Shown here: positions 18,614-26,660 of the stretch, in pieces
How positions within the stretch are numbered: position 1 is the first letter of the stretch
How the letters are laid out: every line of letters begins with the position of its first letter
Origin: a virus
Length of the DNA: 64,000 nt
Direction: 5' to 3' (one strand)
IMG/VR virus record: IMGVR_UViG_3300030333_002570
Span: 32,001-96,000 of that record
Notes under the pieces: generated by a model
Databases searched by the model: none
What the model was told of the DNA's origin: nothing
Seen by the model: the letters and a program-made list of their open reading frames with translations, nothing else
Made by a program: the position numbers and the translations under genes

Positions 18614-18652
18614 AAAAAGAGGGTTTACAAACCCTCTTTTTTATTGTATAAT
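18614..18652 (+). terminator. Rho-independent (possibly bidirectional) terminator overlapping a sigma70 promoter
   Basis: AAAAAGAGGGTTT-ACA-AACCCTCTTTTTT; TTTACA(18624)-17 bp-TATAAT(18647). Confidence 0.75.
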
Positions 18653-18742
18653 ACTCTATGAATACATCATTAATATGTGGTACATTATTTTTTGGACAAG
18701 TCTTATTATGTTCATACTTGTTAAAGTAGGTGCATTTAAGAA

Positions 18743-19708
18743 ATGAAAGATACGATATTATATGGTGACTGTCGTCAAACATTACCAGCATTTATTGATA
18801 ACGCACAAATGTGTGTTACATCCCCACCTTATTATGGATTGAGAGATTACGGTGGTAAAAGTGAACAAATAGGACAAGAACAAACACCAGAAGAGTATAT
18901 TGAAGAAATGGTAAATGTCTTTAGGTTAGTGAGAGATAACCTTAAAGATGATGGTGTGTTATGGTTAAACATAGGTGACACATATTATAATTATCGAAGT
19001 GATGGTAATTATCCTAAGCAAACTGTTAGTAAGACTAATCAAGATTTACCCTCATTTTCTCCTGCTAGAGGTAACAAATTAGAGGGGTTAAAGAGTAAAG
19101 ATTTGATCGGTATTCCTTGGATGTTAGCATTTGCATTACGAGCAGATGGATGGTACTTAAGGCAAGATATTATATGGCATAAACCTAATCCAATGCCAGA
19201 AAGTGTAAAGGATAGATGCACTAAAGCACATGAATATATCTTCCTATTAAGTAAAAGTAAGAACTATTATTATGACAATGAAAGTATAAAAGAACCTGCT
19301 AAAGATTGGGGAACTAGAGATAGAACTAATGGCAAATATCATAATGAAGGAACAGGATTAACACCTCATTCTGGACTCACTAAATCATATCCAACAAAGA
19401 ATAAACGTAGTGTATGGAGTATAACAAACAAACCATATAAGGGATCACATTTTGCTACTTTCCCACCTGATCTAATTGAACCTTGTATATTAGCAGGTAG
19501 TAGAAAAGGTGATATAGTATTAGATCCATTTATGGGTAGTGGCACGACTGCTATGGTAGCAAAGCAACTAGGACGGTATTATATCGGATGTGAACTGAAC
19601 GAGGACTATCGAGAATTGATAGAAAAACGTGTGACAGTCAACAAAGTGGAGCAAAATGCTTCACATTCTGAAACAAATGGGTTGATTGACCTATTGGGTA
19701 CTGTATAA
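18743..19708 (+). CDS. DNA N4/N6 methyltransferase (beta class), second copy
   Basis: CVTSPPYYGLRDYG, IIWHKPNPMPES, HFATFP, IVLDPFMGSGTT, YIGCELN. Confidence 0.93.
   Translation: MKDTILYGDCRQTLPAFIDNAQMCVTSPPYYGLRDYGGKSEQIGQEQTPEEYIEEMVNVFRLVRDNLKDDGVLWLNIGDTYYNYRSDGNYPKQTVSKTNQDLPSFSPARGNKLEGLKSKDLIGIPWMLAFALRADGWYLRQDIIWHKPNPMPESVKDRCTKAHEYIFLLSKSKNYYYDNESIKEPAKDWGTRDRTNGKYHNEGTGLTPHSGLTKSYPTKNKRSVWSITNKPYKGSHFATFPPDLIEPCILAGSRKGDIVLDPFMGSGTTAMVAKQLGRYYIGCELNEDYRELIEKRVTVNKVEQNASHSETNGLIDLLGTV
19629..19654 (+). promoter_or_regulatory. Palindromic early-region element, copy 3 (right arm degenerate)
   Basis: GTGTGACAGT-CAACAA-AGTGGAGCAA inside the MTase 3' end; TTGATT-16 bp-TATAAT promoter at 19682-19709. 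Confidence 0.5.
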
Positions 19709-19735
19709 TATGGGGGTAGTCAACTTTCAGCACTT

Positions 19736-20107
19736 ATGCCAGTTAAGTCTCCAACAAGGAAAACCGCAGCAACAGCAGCAACTCCTCGTAAAAGACGCAC
19801 TCGTAAGACAACCGCTTCAACACCTAAAAAGGTTTCTATAAATAAGTCACAATCTGCAAAAGTTATTGTGACTGAAGAACCAAAAGTTGAAGTAAAAGTA
19901 GACACAAAACCTACTCAAATTGCACCACCAAAACCTAATCTTTCTCGTGAAGATTACATTGCTGATATAAAAGCAAGATGGGCAATTCATACCTATGAAG
20001 TTAATGCCCTCGGTGCAGATTTAGTTAAAGGTTATAATCTAGTAACACCATATCTTCAAAAAGGTGTTACTTATGTCAAAGACTCTTACAAGAGAGCATT
20101 TGCATAG
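19736..20107 (+). CDS. Hypothetical protein with basic, low-complexity N-terminus
   Basis: TPRKRRTRKTTASTPKK; 123 aa. Confidence 0.65.
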   Translation: MPVKSPTRKTAATAATPRKRRTRKTTASTPKKVSINKSQSAKVIVTEEPKVEVKVDTKPTQIAPPKPNLSREDYIADIKARWAIHTYEVNALGADLVKGYNLVTPYLQKGVTYVKDSYKRAFA

Positions 20108-20129
20108 ACCAGATTACAAAGTGTCTACT
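20104..20129 (+). promoter_or_regulatory. Palindromic early-region element, copy 4 (left arm degenerate)
   Basis: ATAGACCAGA-TTACAA-AGTGTCTACT overlapping the TAG stop; TATATT at 20158. Confidence 0.5.
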
Positions 20130-20153
20130 AAGACCCCACAAGGGGTCTTTTTT
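20130..20153 (+). terminator. Rho-independent terminator
   Basis: AAGACCCC-ACAA-GGGGTCTT followed by a T run. Confidence 0.8.
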
Positions 20154-20167
20154 ATTGTATATTAAAA

Positions 20168-20233
20168 GAGTGGAAGGCAAGGGTGAGCGACCCCAGTGGA
20201 AAATGCTCTTTAAGTCGAACCTCTTCCACACTC
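20168..20233 (+). ncRNA. Candidate structured leader RNA upstream of the helicase
   Basis: Closing stem GTGGAAG/CTTCCAC, inner hairpin GGGT-GAGCG-ACCC, possible loop pairing GAGC/GCTC. GC-rich island in AT-rich DNA; not assigned to a known family. Confidence 0.35.
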
Positions 20234-20255
20234 AACATTATTAAGGAGATCGTCT

Positions 20256-21506
20256 TTGACAGACACATTACGACCTCATCAACAACGTGCTTATGATAAA
20301 ATGATTGAGCATGATTGTGGACAAATTGTTATACCTACTGGTGGTGGTAAAACATATATTATGATTGAAGATTGCAAGAGGTTAGTAACAACAACACCAC
20401 GCAATCCTCAGACTATTGTTGTAGTTGCACCACGTATATTACTTGCTAATCAGTTATCAGAAGAGTTTGAATCTGAGATTGATAATGTTAAGATAGCACA
20501 CGTACATTCTGGTGAAACTCATCATTTTAGCACCACAGATTGTAGGGATTTAACACATTGGAATAGCACTAATCCTCAGTATGATAAGTTAATCTTTACC
20601 ACTTATCATTCACTACATAGAGTATTAGATAGTATGGTAAATATTGATAGGATATATTTTGATGAAGCACATAATGGCACTGGTAAAAACTTCTTTAAGC
20701 AGATAAAGAGAGTTGCTAAGTTAAACATAGCAAGATACTTCTTTACTGCTACACCACGCATTTCACGCTCTAAGAATAACATTAGTGCGGAACGTGGTAT
20801 GAACAATGCGGAAATATGGGGTGATATATTAGAACAAACAGCAGCACAAGAGTTAATAGATAGTGGCACTATTTTATTCCCTAAAGTTATACCATTTGAG
20901 ACAGATAGAGAGAGGACTAAGTTAAATGCACATGAAGTAGATAGTGATAACTTAAAGGACATATTGACTAGCATAACTGATACAAACCCTAAGGTACTTG
21001 TGTCTGCTCCAACAACAAGAATACTATGGAATATGCTCTCACAAACTGATATTAAAGATTGGTTAATTGAGCGAGAGTATAACATTATGCACATCACATC
21101 TAAGCATGGTGCTATCATTAATGGTAAGAAAGTTGGTAGAGAAGAGTTCTTCAAGACACTAACATTGTGGGGTAAGGATGATACTAAGAAGATGATAATC
21201 TTCCATTATAGTATACTATCAGAAGGGATAAATGTTCCAGGTTTGACTCATTCAGTTATGCTAAGAAATCTACCTAATATTGAAATGGCACAAACAATAG
21301 GTAGAGTAATTAGAATACATCAAAAGGATGTAGATGATATGAATTCAGGTAAAATACCTGCTGGTGCTTATAACTTATACCATAAAAGTTTTGGTCAAAT
21401 ATGTGTGCCAATATCAGGCAAATATGGTAAAAGAATAGCAGATAGACTACAATCAGTCGTATCGTATATCTTTATAGAGGGTATTCCACCACTTTCATAT
21501 GTTTAG
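20256..21506 (+). CDS. Superfamily 2 (DEAD/DEAH-like, type III Res-like) helicase
   Basis: PTGGGKT (I), FDEAH (II), FTAT (III), LSEGINVP (V), QTIGRVIR (VI); TTG start with AAGGAG RBS. Confidence 0.88.
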   Translation: MTDTLRPHQQRAYDKMIEHDCGQIVIPTGGGKTYIMIEDCKRLVTTTPRNPQTIVVVAPRILLANQLSEEFESEIDNVKIAHVHSGETHHFSTTDCRDLTHWNSTNPQYDKLIFTTYHSLHRVLDSMVNIDRIYFDEAHNGTGKNFFKQIKRVAKLNIARYFFTATPRISRSKNNISAERGMNNAEIWGDILEQTAAQELIDSGTILFPKVIPFETDRERTKLNAHEVDSDNLKDILTSITDTNPKVLVSAPTTRILWNMLSQTDIKDWLIEREYNIMHITSKHGAIINGKKVGREEFFKTLTLWGKDDTKKMIIFHYSILSEGINVPGLTHSVMLRNLPNIEMAQTIGRVIRIHQKDVDDMNSGKIPAGAYNLYHKSFGQICVPISGKYGKRIADRLQSVVSYIFIEGIPPLSYV

Positions 21507-21531
21507 TGTGACAGTACAAGTAGTGTCTACT
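21506..21531 (+). promoter_or_regulatory. Palindromic early-region element, copy 5
   Basis: GTGTGACAGT-ACAAGT-AGTGTCTACT begins on the last base of the helicase TAG; TATTAT at 21559. Confidence 0.75.
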
Positions 21532-21593
21532 ATTTTCCCCATTGTCCCTAAAATCGGTTATTATATAAGAGTAAACAAATCACAAGGAGTTTA

Positions 21594-21713
21594 ATGAGCA
21601 CTCTATCACAGCAAATTTACGATCAGTTGGTTAATCCAACACCAGTGATAAAGTATTATTTCCTTACACCTTTTTACAAGCAAACTAACAACAAAAGGAG
21701 GAATTCTAAGTGA
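21594..21713 (+). CDS. 39-aa hypothetical protein
   Basis: AAGGAG RBS; MSTLSQQIYDQLVNP... (hand-translated). Confidence 0.5.
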   Translation: MSTLSQQIYDQLVNPTPVIKYYFLTPFYKQTNNKRRNSK

Positions 21714-21838
21714 GTACATTACATCATGAGAGCATACTTGAAACATTATTTGAAGAAGTATGCGAAGAGTATCCTCAATTTAGCGAGGAACAATGCGAGG
21801 TTATCGCACAACAACGTTTCGAGGATTTATGCCAATGA
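21710..21838 (+). CDS. 42-aa acidic hypothetical protein
   Basis: GTG start with AGGAGG RBS; STLHHESILETLFEEV...RFEDLCQ. Confidence 0.55.
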   Translation: MSTLHHESILETLFEEVCEEYPQFSEEQCEVIAQQRFEDLCQ

Positions 21839-22011
21839 ATAATCTTGATTGTCTATCTGAAGTATTAGAAGACTTCTGCACTAAGTATAACTTAGAGTTT
21901 ATGAGTGCAGATGATCTTTTATACGGTGATTCTGAAGGTAAATTAACAAATTACCAGAGAGATTGGTTAAGAAACTATATCTCTATCTGGGACATTATTG
22001 TAAACTACTAA
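21835..22011 (+). CDS. Hypothetical protein
   Basis: MNNLDCLSEVLEDFC...SADDLLY; ATGA-coupled start within track ORF 21793..22011. Confidence 0.55.
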   Translation: MNNLDCLSEVLEDFCTKYNLEFMSADDLLYGDSEGKLTNYQRDWLRNYISIWDIIVNY

Positions 22012-22021
22012 GGAGGATTTC

Positions 22022-22240
22022 ATGGCAAAAGTTAAAGAATTTACATACTCATTTCGCATCCTATGTGAACATGACGATGCACCAAATCCTGTTCATTTAT
22101 GTGAAGAAATACAGGCATATTTGAACTCTAATTTAGATTATTATAATGAAGAATTAGGTGAGCATGTTAATGCTGAAGTTACAGGATATAGGGTAGAGAT
22201 AGATAAAATGACACCCTATATTGCTCAAGATGAGTATTAA
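22022..22240 (+). CDS. Hypothetical protein
   Basis: 72 aa, AAGGAGG RBS. Confidence 0.65.
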   Translation: MAKVKEFTYSFRILCEHDDAPNPVHLCEEIQAYLNSNLDYYNEELGEHVNAEVTGYRVEIDKMTPYIAQDEY

Positions 22241-22244
22241 TTAA

Positions 22245-22463
22245 ATGATAACATTACGCATACATGAGAATAACACAGGCACGATAGATTTCGAGTCCGA
22301 AGAACAATTAGAGGCATGGATTGATGCTCCTAATTATAAACAAGTACAGTGGGAATATACAGAGAAAGATGTATTTCATAGGACATATTTTGTAGAACGT
22401 AACACTAACTCTATTAACCCAACTTGCGAGGACATTAGTAATGCCATCTGGAACAAATCGTGA
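22245..22463 (+). CDS. Hypothetical protein
   Basis: 72 aa, co-directional early-region ORF. Confidence 0.55.
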   Translation: MITLRIHENNTGTIDFESEEQLEAWIDAPNYKQVQWEYTEKDVFHRTYFVERNTNSINPTCEDISNAIWNKS

Positions 22464-22692
22464 TGCTAATCTAATCATCACACCAAAGACTTCAGCATCT
22501 ATTGAATTAAGTTTTGATCAAATTAGCACTCTATTGTATATAATAGAGGGATATTGTCAAGGTGATGATTACAATCAAGACGATCAATTTGCTAGTGATT
22601 GTGATAACTTAATTGAGATATTAGAGCAAGCAAGTGAAACAATACCATTGGATGATGATCCTCTAATTGATGAATTGAATTACTACAAGTAA
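22441..22692 (+). CDS. Hypothetical acidic protein
   Basis: 83 aa; ends immediately before element copy 6. Confidence 0.55.
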   Translation: MPSGTNRDANLIITPKTSASIELSFDQISTLLYIIEGYCQGDDYNQDDQFASDCDNLIEILEQASETIPLDDDPLIDELNYYK

Positions 22693-22694
22693 TA

Positions 22695-22720
22695 GTGTGA
22701 CAGTACGATTAGTGTCACAC
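22695..22720 (+). promoter_or_regulatory. Palindromic early-region element, copy 6 (best palindrome)
   Basis: GTGTGACAGT-ACGATT-AGTGTCACAC (arms 9/10 complementary); TATTATAAT at 22749. Confidence 0.8.
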
Positions 22721-22782
22721 AATTTTCCTATAATGCCTATAAATCGGGTATTATAATAGTATAAACAAATTTAAAGGATTTT

Positions 22783-23262
22783 ATGACTGTTGCAACTGCT
22801 GAATTTAGACAAGAACTTCAAGAGAAGTTAGCAGACAATGTATTACTTTGGACTGAGCAGTTATGTGACAATCTTGAGAAGAATTACTTCAATTATCACA
22901 AGAGAATGATAACAAATAACTCTCAAAGATATACAGAGGGTGAGTTATCAGAGTATGCACAATCTCAGTTAGAAAGTATCAACAATGGCACTGCTAATCT
23001 AATGAAGTTTCGTATACAATCAGGTAAAAAGTACTATAAAATTATACAACAAGATTATGACACTTTCCAAGATAGAAATGAATATAGGGATGGAAGTGTT
23101 CACGCATTTGTTGATAAGAAAACAGGTGAAGTTTATAAACCTGCATCATGGAAATCTCCTGCAAAGCATGTAAGATATGATATGAGAATTATCAAACATC
23201 GTGAGTTTTTACATAACTCAGACAACGTAGATTGGGCAGGTGGTTATCTCTATATGAGATAA
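22783..23262 (+). CDS. Conserved T4-like phage hypothetical protein
   Basis: GKKYYKI...SVHAFVDKKTGEVYKPASWKSPAKHVRY...WAGGYLY motif. Confidence 0.7.
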   Translation: MTVATAEFRQELQEKLADNVLLWTEQLCDNLEKNYFNYHKRMITNNSQRYTEGELSEYAQSQLESINNGTANLMKFRIQSGKKYYKIIQQDYDTFQDRNEYRDGSVHAFVDKKTGEVYKPASWKSPAKHVRYDMRIIKHREFLHNSDNVDWAGGYLYMR

Positions 23263-23302
23263 TCTTCTCTCACTAATTATTACTTTTCATTCCCTTATTA
23301 CA

Positions 23303-23680
23303 ATGGCAATTTATTCACAAAAAGCAAATCCTAACGCAACTAATAGTGAATTAGATGCTAAGGTTATTGTTAAACATCCCAACCTAACTTCACTTCAATT
23401 AGATGAAGTTAGAGACCAATATGCAGAGATAGTTCTTGATAGAATGGACTATAAAGATCTAGAGCAATATGTATATGATTCTCTATCAGATTACTACGGT
23501 AAAATGTCACAAACTGAACTAAGAGAACATATCATCGAAATGGAAAATAGTGGTGATCCCACTGATAACTTATTTGATGAATTAGCAGAGAATGTAACAA
23601 TTAGGGATTTGATGAAAGAGAAAGATAGTGACGAAGATAACACTTGTATGCAAACATTTATTCCAGGATTTCATGACTAA
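23303..23680 (+). CDS. Hypothetical protein
   Basis: 125 aa; N-terminus NPNATNSELDAK. Confidence 0.6.
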   Translation: MAIYSQKANPNATNSELDAKVIVKHPNLTSLQLDEVRDQYAEIVLDRMDYKDLEQYVYDSLSDYYGKMSQTELREHIIEMENSGDPTDNLFDELAENVTIRDLMKEKDSDEDNTCMQTFIPGFHD

Positions 23681-23852
23681 TTTAATTCAACAATGGTCAC
23701 AAACTTACTTCACTGATTTAACACCAGAGAAGCATCAAACTAATAATAATTGGTTTGAACTTATGCTCTCTATGTTAACACCAGAGGGTGAATTGTATGT
23801 CCCTTGTTTAAACAAATCATTCAACAAATTAGGGGAAGAAATTAATGACTAA
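23673..23852 (+). CDS. Hypothetical protein
   Basis: MTNLIQQWSQ...WFELMLSML...GELYVPCLNKSFNKLGEE; ATGA-coupled start. Confidence 0.55.
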   Translation: MTNLIQQWSQTYFTDLTPEKHQTNNNWFELMLSMLTPEGELYVPCLNKSFNKLGEEIND

Positions 23853-24006
23853 CGTCACAAAGTACACTCGTTCAGGTGTTAATGGGAAGTATATTACATG
23901 CCCTAAATGTCAACAATCAAACAAGGTATTTCACTTTAGTTGGAGTGCATTAACCTGTTTATGTTGCAGAGAAAGTATTAACAAACTCGATTGGATTATT
24001 ACCTAA
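23845..24006 (+). CDS. 53-aa zinc-ribbon-like protein (not in ORF track)
   Basis: Hand translation MTNVTKYTRSGVNGKYITCPKCQQSNKVFHFSWSALTCLCCRESINKLDWIIT. Confidence 0.65.
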   Translation: MTNVTKYTRSGVNGKYITCPKCQQSNKVFHFSWSALTCLCCRESINKLDWIIT

Positions 24007-24007
24007 A

Positions 24008-24157
24008 ATGACATACTACACAGTCGAAACTGATCTCTTTACTGTTGACTTTAAGGATCAAATTACCTACCTTGAATGTTTACGAACAGCAGCAGATTTA
24101 GGGGTTAATTTAGATCATTATCTTCTTGAATTTCAAATAGAAGATGAAGAGAATTAG
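24008..24157 (+). CDS. 49-aa hypothetical protein
   Basis: MTYYTVETD...; its TAG overlaps element copy 7. Confidence 0.5.
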   Translation: MTYYTVETDLFTVDFKDQITYLECLRTAADLGVNLDHYLLEFQIEDEEN

Positions 24158-24182
24158 TGTGACAGTGGACAAAGAGGTACAA
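24157..24182 (+). promoter_or_regulatory. Palindromic early-region element, copy 7 (right arm degenerate)
   Basis: GTGTGACAGT-GGACAA-AGAGGTACAA; TTGATT(24189)-17 bp-GATACT with TGn. Confidence 0.55.
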
Positions 24183-24250
24183 GGTCGCTTGATTTTTGCC
24201 CCATTTCATGCGATACTATGTATATAATCAAGTTTTACGAATTTTTCAAT

Positions 24251-24553
24251 ATGTCAAAATCTCTTTTTTCACAGTCCATCAACCTTTGCGATGACTATCT
24301 AGGTTTCGAGTGGTCAAGAGGTGTAGTCACCTCAATGTTTGACACTTACCGCCGTCAAAACGATTTAGATCCAAATCTTTCAATCTACCACTATGGTAAT
24401 GATCGTTTTGAAGTCAAAACTATGGTTTACGATGATTCAAAAGGTTGCATCATCGGTGACGAGATACATATCGGCACTTTTGATAACATCTTCGATGCTG
24501 AAGATTGTGCTGAAACTTATCTCAAAGATCTACTATTAGACCTCGGTGTTTAA
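24251..24553 (+). CDS. Hypothetical protein
   Basis: MSKSLFSQSINLCDDYLGFEW...; internal ATG of track ORF 24218..24553. Confidence 0.6.
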   Translation: MSKSLFSQSINLCDDYLGFEWSRGVVTSMFDTYRRQNDLDPNLSIYHYGNDRFEVKTMVYDDSKGCIIGDEIHIGTFDNIFDAEDCAETYLKDLLLDLGV

Positions 24554-24595
24554 TATTAGATCTTTTTTCTTGCTCACTATTTTACATTATTTGTT

Positions 24596-24796
24596 ATGCC
24601 ATCTTTCACAGTTAACAACAAAGATTACTCTCACAAAGAGTTAAATAAGATTTACGATTTCTTCACTCAAGATCAATGGGATGTGATAGATCAGGCACTT
24701 GATTGTTATGCTCAATCTGAAAAATATGTTGGAGTTGTAAACGATACAGGCGAAATTAGAGATGCTATGTATCAACTATTAAGGACAGCATACTAA
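24596..24796 (+). CDS. Hypothetical protein
   Basis: YSHKELNKIYDFFTQDQWDVIDQALDCY motif; TAA abuts element copy 8. Confidence 0.65.
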   Translation: MPSFTVNNKDYSHKELNKIYDFFTQDQWDVIDQALDCYAQSEKYVGVVNDTGEIRDAMYQLLRTAY

Positions 24797-24822
24797 GTGT
24801 GACAGTACATTTAGTGTCCATA
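24797..24822 (+). promoter_or_regulatory. Palindromic early-region element, copy 8
   Basis: GTGTGACAGT-ACATTT-AGTGTCCATA directly after TAA; TATAAT at 24850. Confidence 0.75.
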
Positions 24823-24881
24823 TTTTTCCCCTAAGTATCAATTTTCCCTTATAATAAATGTATACCAAACAAAGAGGATTT

Positions 24882-25163
24882 ATGAACAAAACTTCTAAGA
24901 TCATGCAAAGAATCTTACAGGTTGAGAATTTCCAGAATGTAGCATGTGTATGTGCTAATTGGAAAGAATTCACAGAAGAATTAAGCGAGTGGGGTGTATA
25001 TGGGTGTGCTAAGATAGATTTTGATGATGAAGATCTTGACGTTTCATTATTAGATAGATTCATCAAATCTGAAAATGGATATGAAAGAACTGGTGACGAT
25101 TGGAACCTAATTTATAACAATGGTAAAAACCTAGTTAATAACTTTGGGGGTGTATTCGCATGA
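24882..25163 (+). CDS. Hypothetical protein
   Basis: MNKTSKIMQRILQVENFQNVACVCANW...; AGAGG RBS. Confidence 0.6.
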   Translation: MNKTSKIMQRILQVENFQNVACVCANWKEFTEELSEWGVYGCAKIDFDDEDLDVSLLDRFIKSENGYERTGDDWNLIYNNGKNLVNNFGGVFA

Positions 25164-25396
25164 ATAGTTTAAAAGAATTTGTTGACTATGTTTGGTCATT
25201 TTATAATACTGAAGATGGGTTATATCCTATCGATGGTATAACTAGGCAAGACATTTATGATGCCTTTTATGTGTACAAACACAGATTATTACATGCACAA
25301 AATGATAATTACACTTGGGGATATGGTGATAGTTTAGATAGAGAAAGGGTAAGAGATATAATGCTAGAAAATAACAATTTATCCTGGAGGATTTAA
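25160..25396 (+). CDS. Hypothetical protein
   Basis: FVDYVWSFY...GLYPI...WGYGDSLDRERVRDIM motif. Confidence 0.65.
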   Translation: MNSLKEFVDYVWSFYNTEDGLYPIDGITRQDIYDAFYVYKHRLLHAQNDNYTWGYGDSLDRERVRDIMLENNNLSWRI

Positions 25397-25397
25397 C

Positions 25398-25652
25398 ATG
25401 TTTAAAAGTGAAGAATTCGGACGTATTTTCTGGGTTGATGATAACTATGATCTGCAATCATGCCCACAAAATGTTGATGGAACAGGTGATTTTGACTGTT
25501 CTGATTATGTCGAAGACTGGACAGATTGGGAGGGGGTTAGTATAAAGAAATTGCTAGGAATTCACAAGGCATGTATACTTAATAAGAAAGATTACGCTGG
25601 TTCATTAACACTTACAGATGCCCATTTTTCAGGACTAAGTAACAATGAATAG
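25398..25652 (+). CDS. Hypothetical protein
   Basis: 84 aa, GGAGG RBS. Confidence 0.6.
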   Translation: MFKSEEFGRIFWVDDNYDLQSCPQNVDGTGDFDCSDYVEDWTDWEGVSIKKLLGIHKACILNKKDYAGSLTLTDAHFSGLSNNE

Positions 25653-25789
25653 ATATAATATGTCTCGCATTATTGTGGATCGCCGCCGATATTTTTCTTA
25701 CAATGAGTATACATTTCCAATTAATTCAATGGAACTTATTAACAACTACTTTCGATAGTTTACGTTATGAAGAGATAAACAAACCAACT

Positions 25790-25942
25790 ATGACTTACCT
25801 CGATTTGTTACAACAATTAAATGAACTTCCAAAAGAAAAGTTACAACAAACCGTCACAATTTACGACAAAGATTGTGAAGAATACATCCCCACAGATAGC
25901 ACACTATTTGTCAAGAATGACAAGGTACATTTACAAATCTAA
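25790..25942 (+). CDS. Hypothetical protein
   Basis: MTYLDLLQQLNELPKEKLQQTVTIYD...; internal ATG of track ORF 25673..25942. Confidence 0.55.
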   Translation: MTYLDLLQQLNELPKEKLQQTVTIYDKDCEEYIPTDSTLFVKNDKVHLQI

Positions 25943-25963
25943 TTGTTACTCAGGGGCGATAAT

Positions 25964-26221
25964 ATGAGCAAGAAATATGATTTTAAAAAAGGTGAACTTA
26001 TCAGCATAAAAGATGATAAAGGACGGATAAATTTCATAGGAAAAGAATATTTTACGCTTACAACTCATGAGTGGAAAGATGATAACAAACTACATGGAAT
26101 TGCACAGGTTAATGTATTAGTTTTTAGATCAGATTGGGATGATATTGTTTATCATGAACGAGAGAAATTAGAGGGCAATTTGTATAAGTCACAAGAGCAT
26201 AGATACGAGGATGTACAATGA
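25964..26221 (+). CDS. Hypothetical protein
   Basis: MSKKYDFKKGELISIKDDKGRINFIGKEYFTL... Confidence 0.55.
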   Translation: MSKKYDFKKGELISIKDDKGRINFIGKEYFTLTTHEWKDDNKLHGIAQVNVLVFRSDWDDIVYHEREKLEGNLYKSQEHRYEDVQ

Positions 26222-26364
26222 AACAATTACCAGACGATTACATGCACAAAAATGTTACTCACGGAGAACAGATTAACTACGTCTGGATAACATTAAAGGA
26301 ACTCGTAATTATGCAATGGGAATATATACGAAAAAACAGATTATGGAGGAGTTATTAACAACTA

Positions 26365-26454
26365 TGTGGAAAACTTCCGTTTAATTGTTGATAACTTTAA
26401 ATGGTTAATTAAATCTAGTTGTGTTTACTTTAGTGTGGAAAAACATGTGGAGAA
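26365..26454. repeat. Cluster of DnaA-box-like 9-mers in a non-coding AT-rich stretch
   Basis: TGTGGAAAA (26365, 26434), TGTTGATAA (26386), TGTGGAGAA (26446), all in the same orientation; reverse complement TTTTCCACA-like. Confidence 0.45.
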
Positions 26455-26572
26455 AGTGTTGCCTTAGCACGTTAATTACCGACTTGTCAATAACATTTAA
26501 CAACATGCAATATTCGCCGAGTTACTAACAAGAATTGCCCAGAAATCAGTCAGGGGTTAGTATAAACAATTC

Positions 26573-26598
26573 ATGTGCCAGTGAGGAAAGTGTCCACT
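26573..26598 (+). promoter_or_regulatory. Palindromic early-region element, copy 9
   Basis: ATGTGCCAGT-GAGGAA-AGTGTCCACT; TGTATTATAAT at 26625-26635. Confidence 0.7.
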
Positions 26599-26660
26599 AG
26601 TTACTGACAACTACCTGGAAATCATGTATTATAATAGTATAAACAAATTCAGGTTAATTT

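Noticed and set aside
19837-19844. TATAAATA inside ORF 19736..20107
   Set aside because: It is intragenic in an early-type block with no suitably placed downstream start; likely chance in AT-rich DNA.
20168-20233. GC-rich element as a tRNA or known riboswitch
   Set aside because: No cloverleaf or T-loop GTTC, and no match I could recognise to glutamine or other riboswitch cores; kept only as an unassigned candidate RNA.
13149-26598. Repeated palindrome interpreted as a CRISPR array
   Set aside because: Copies are 0.5-4 kb apart, separated by genes rather than uniform spacers, and no cas genes are present.
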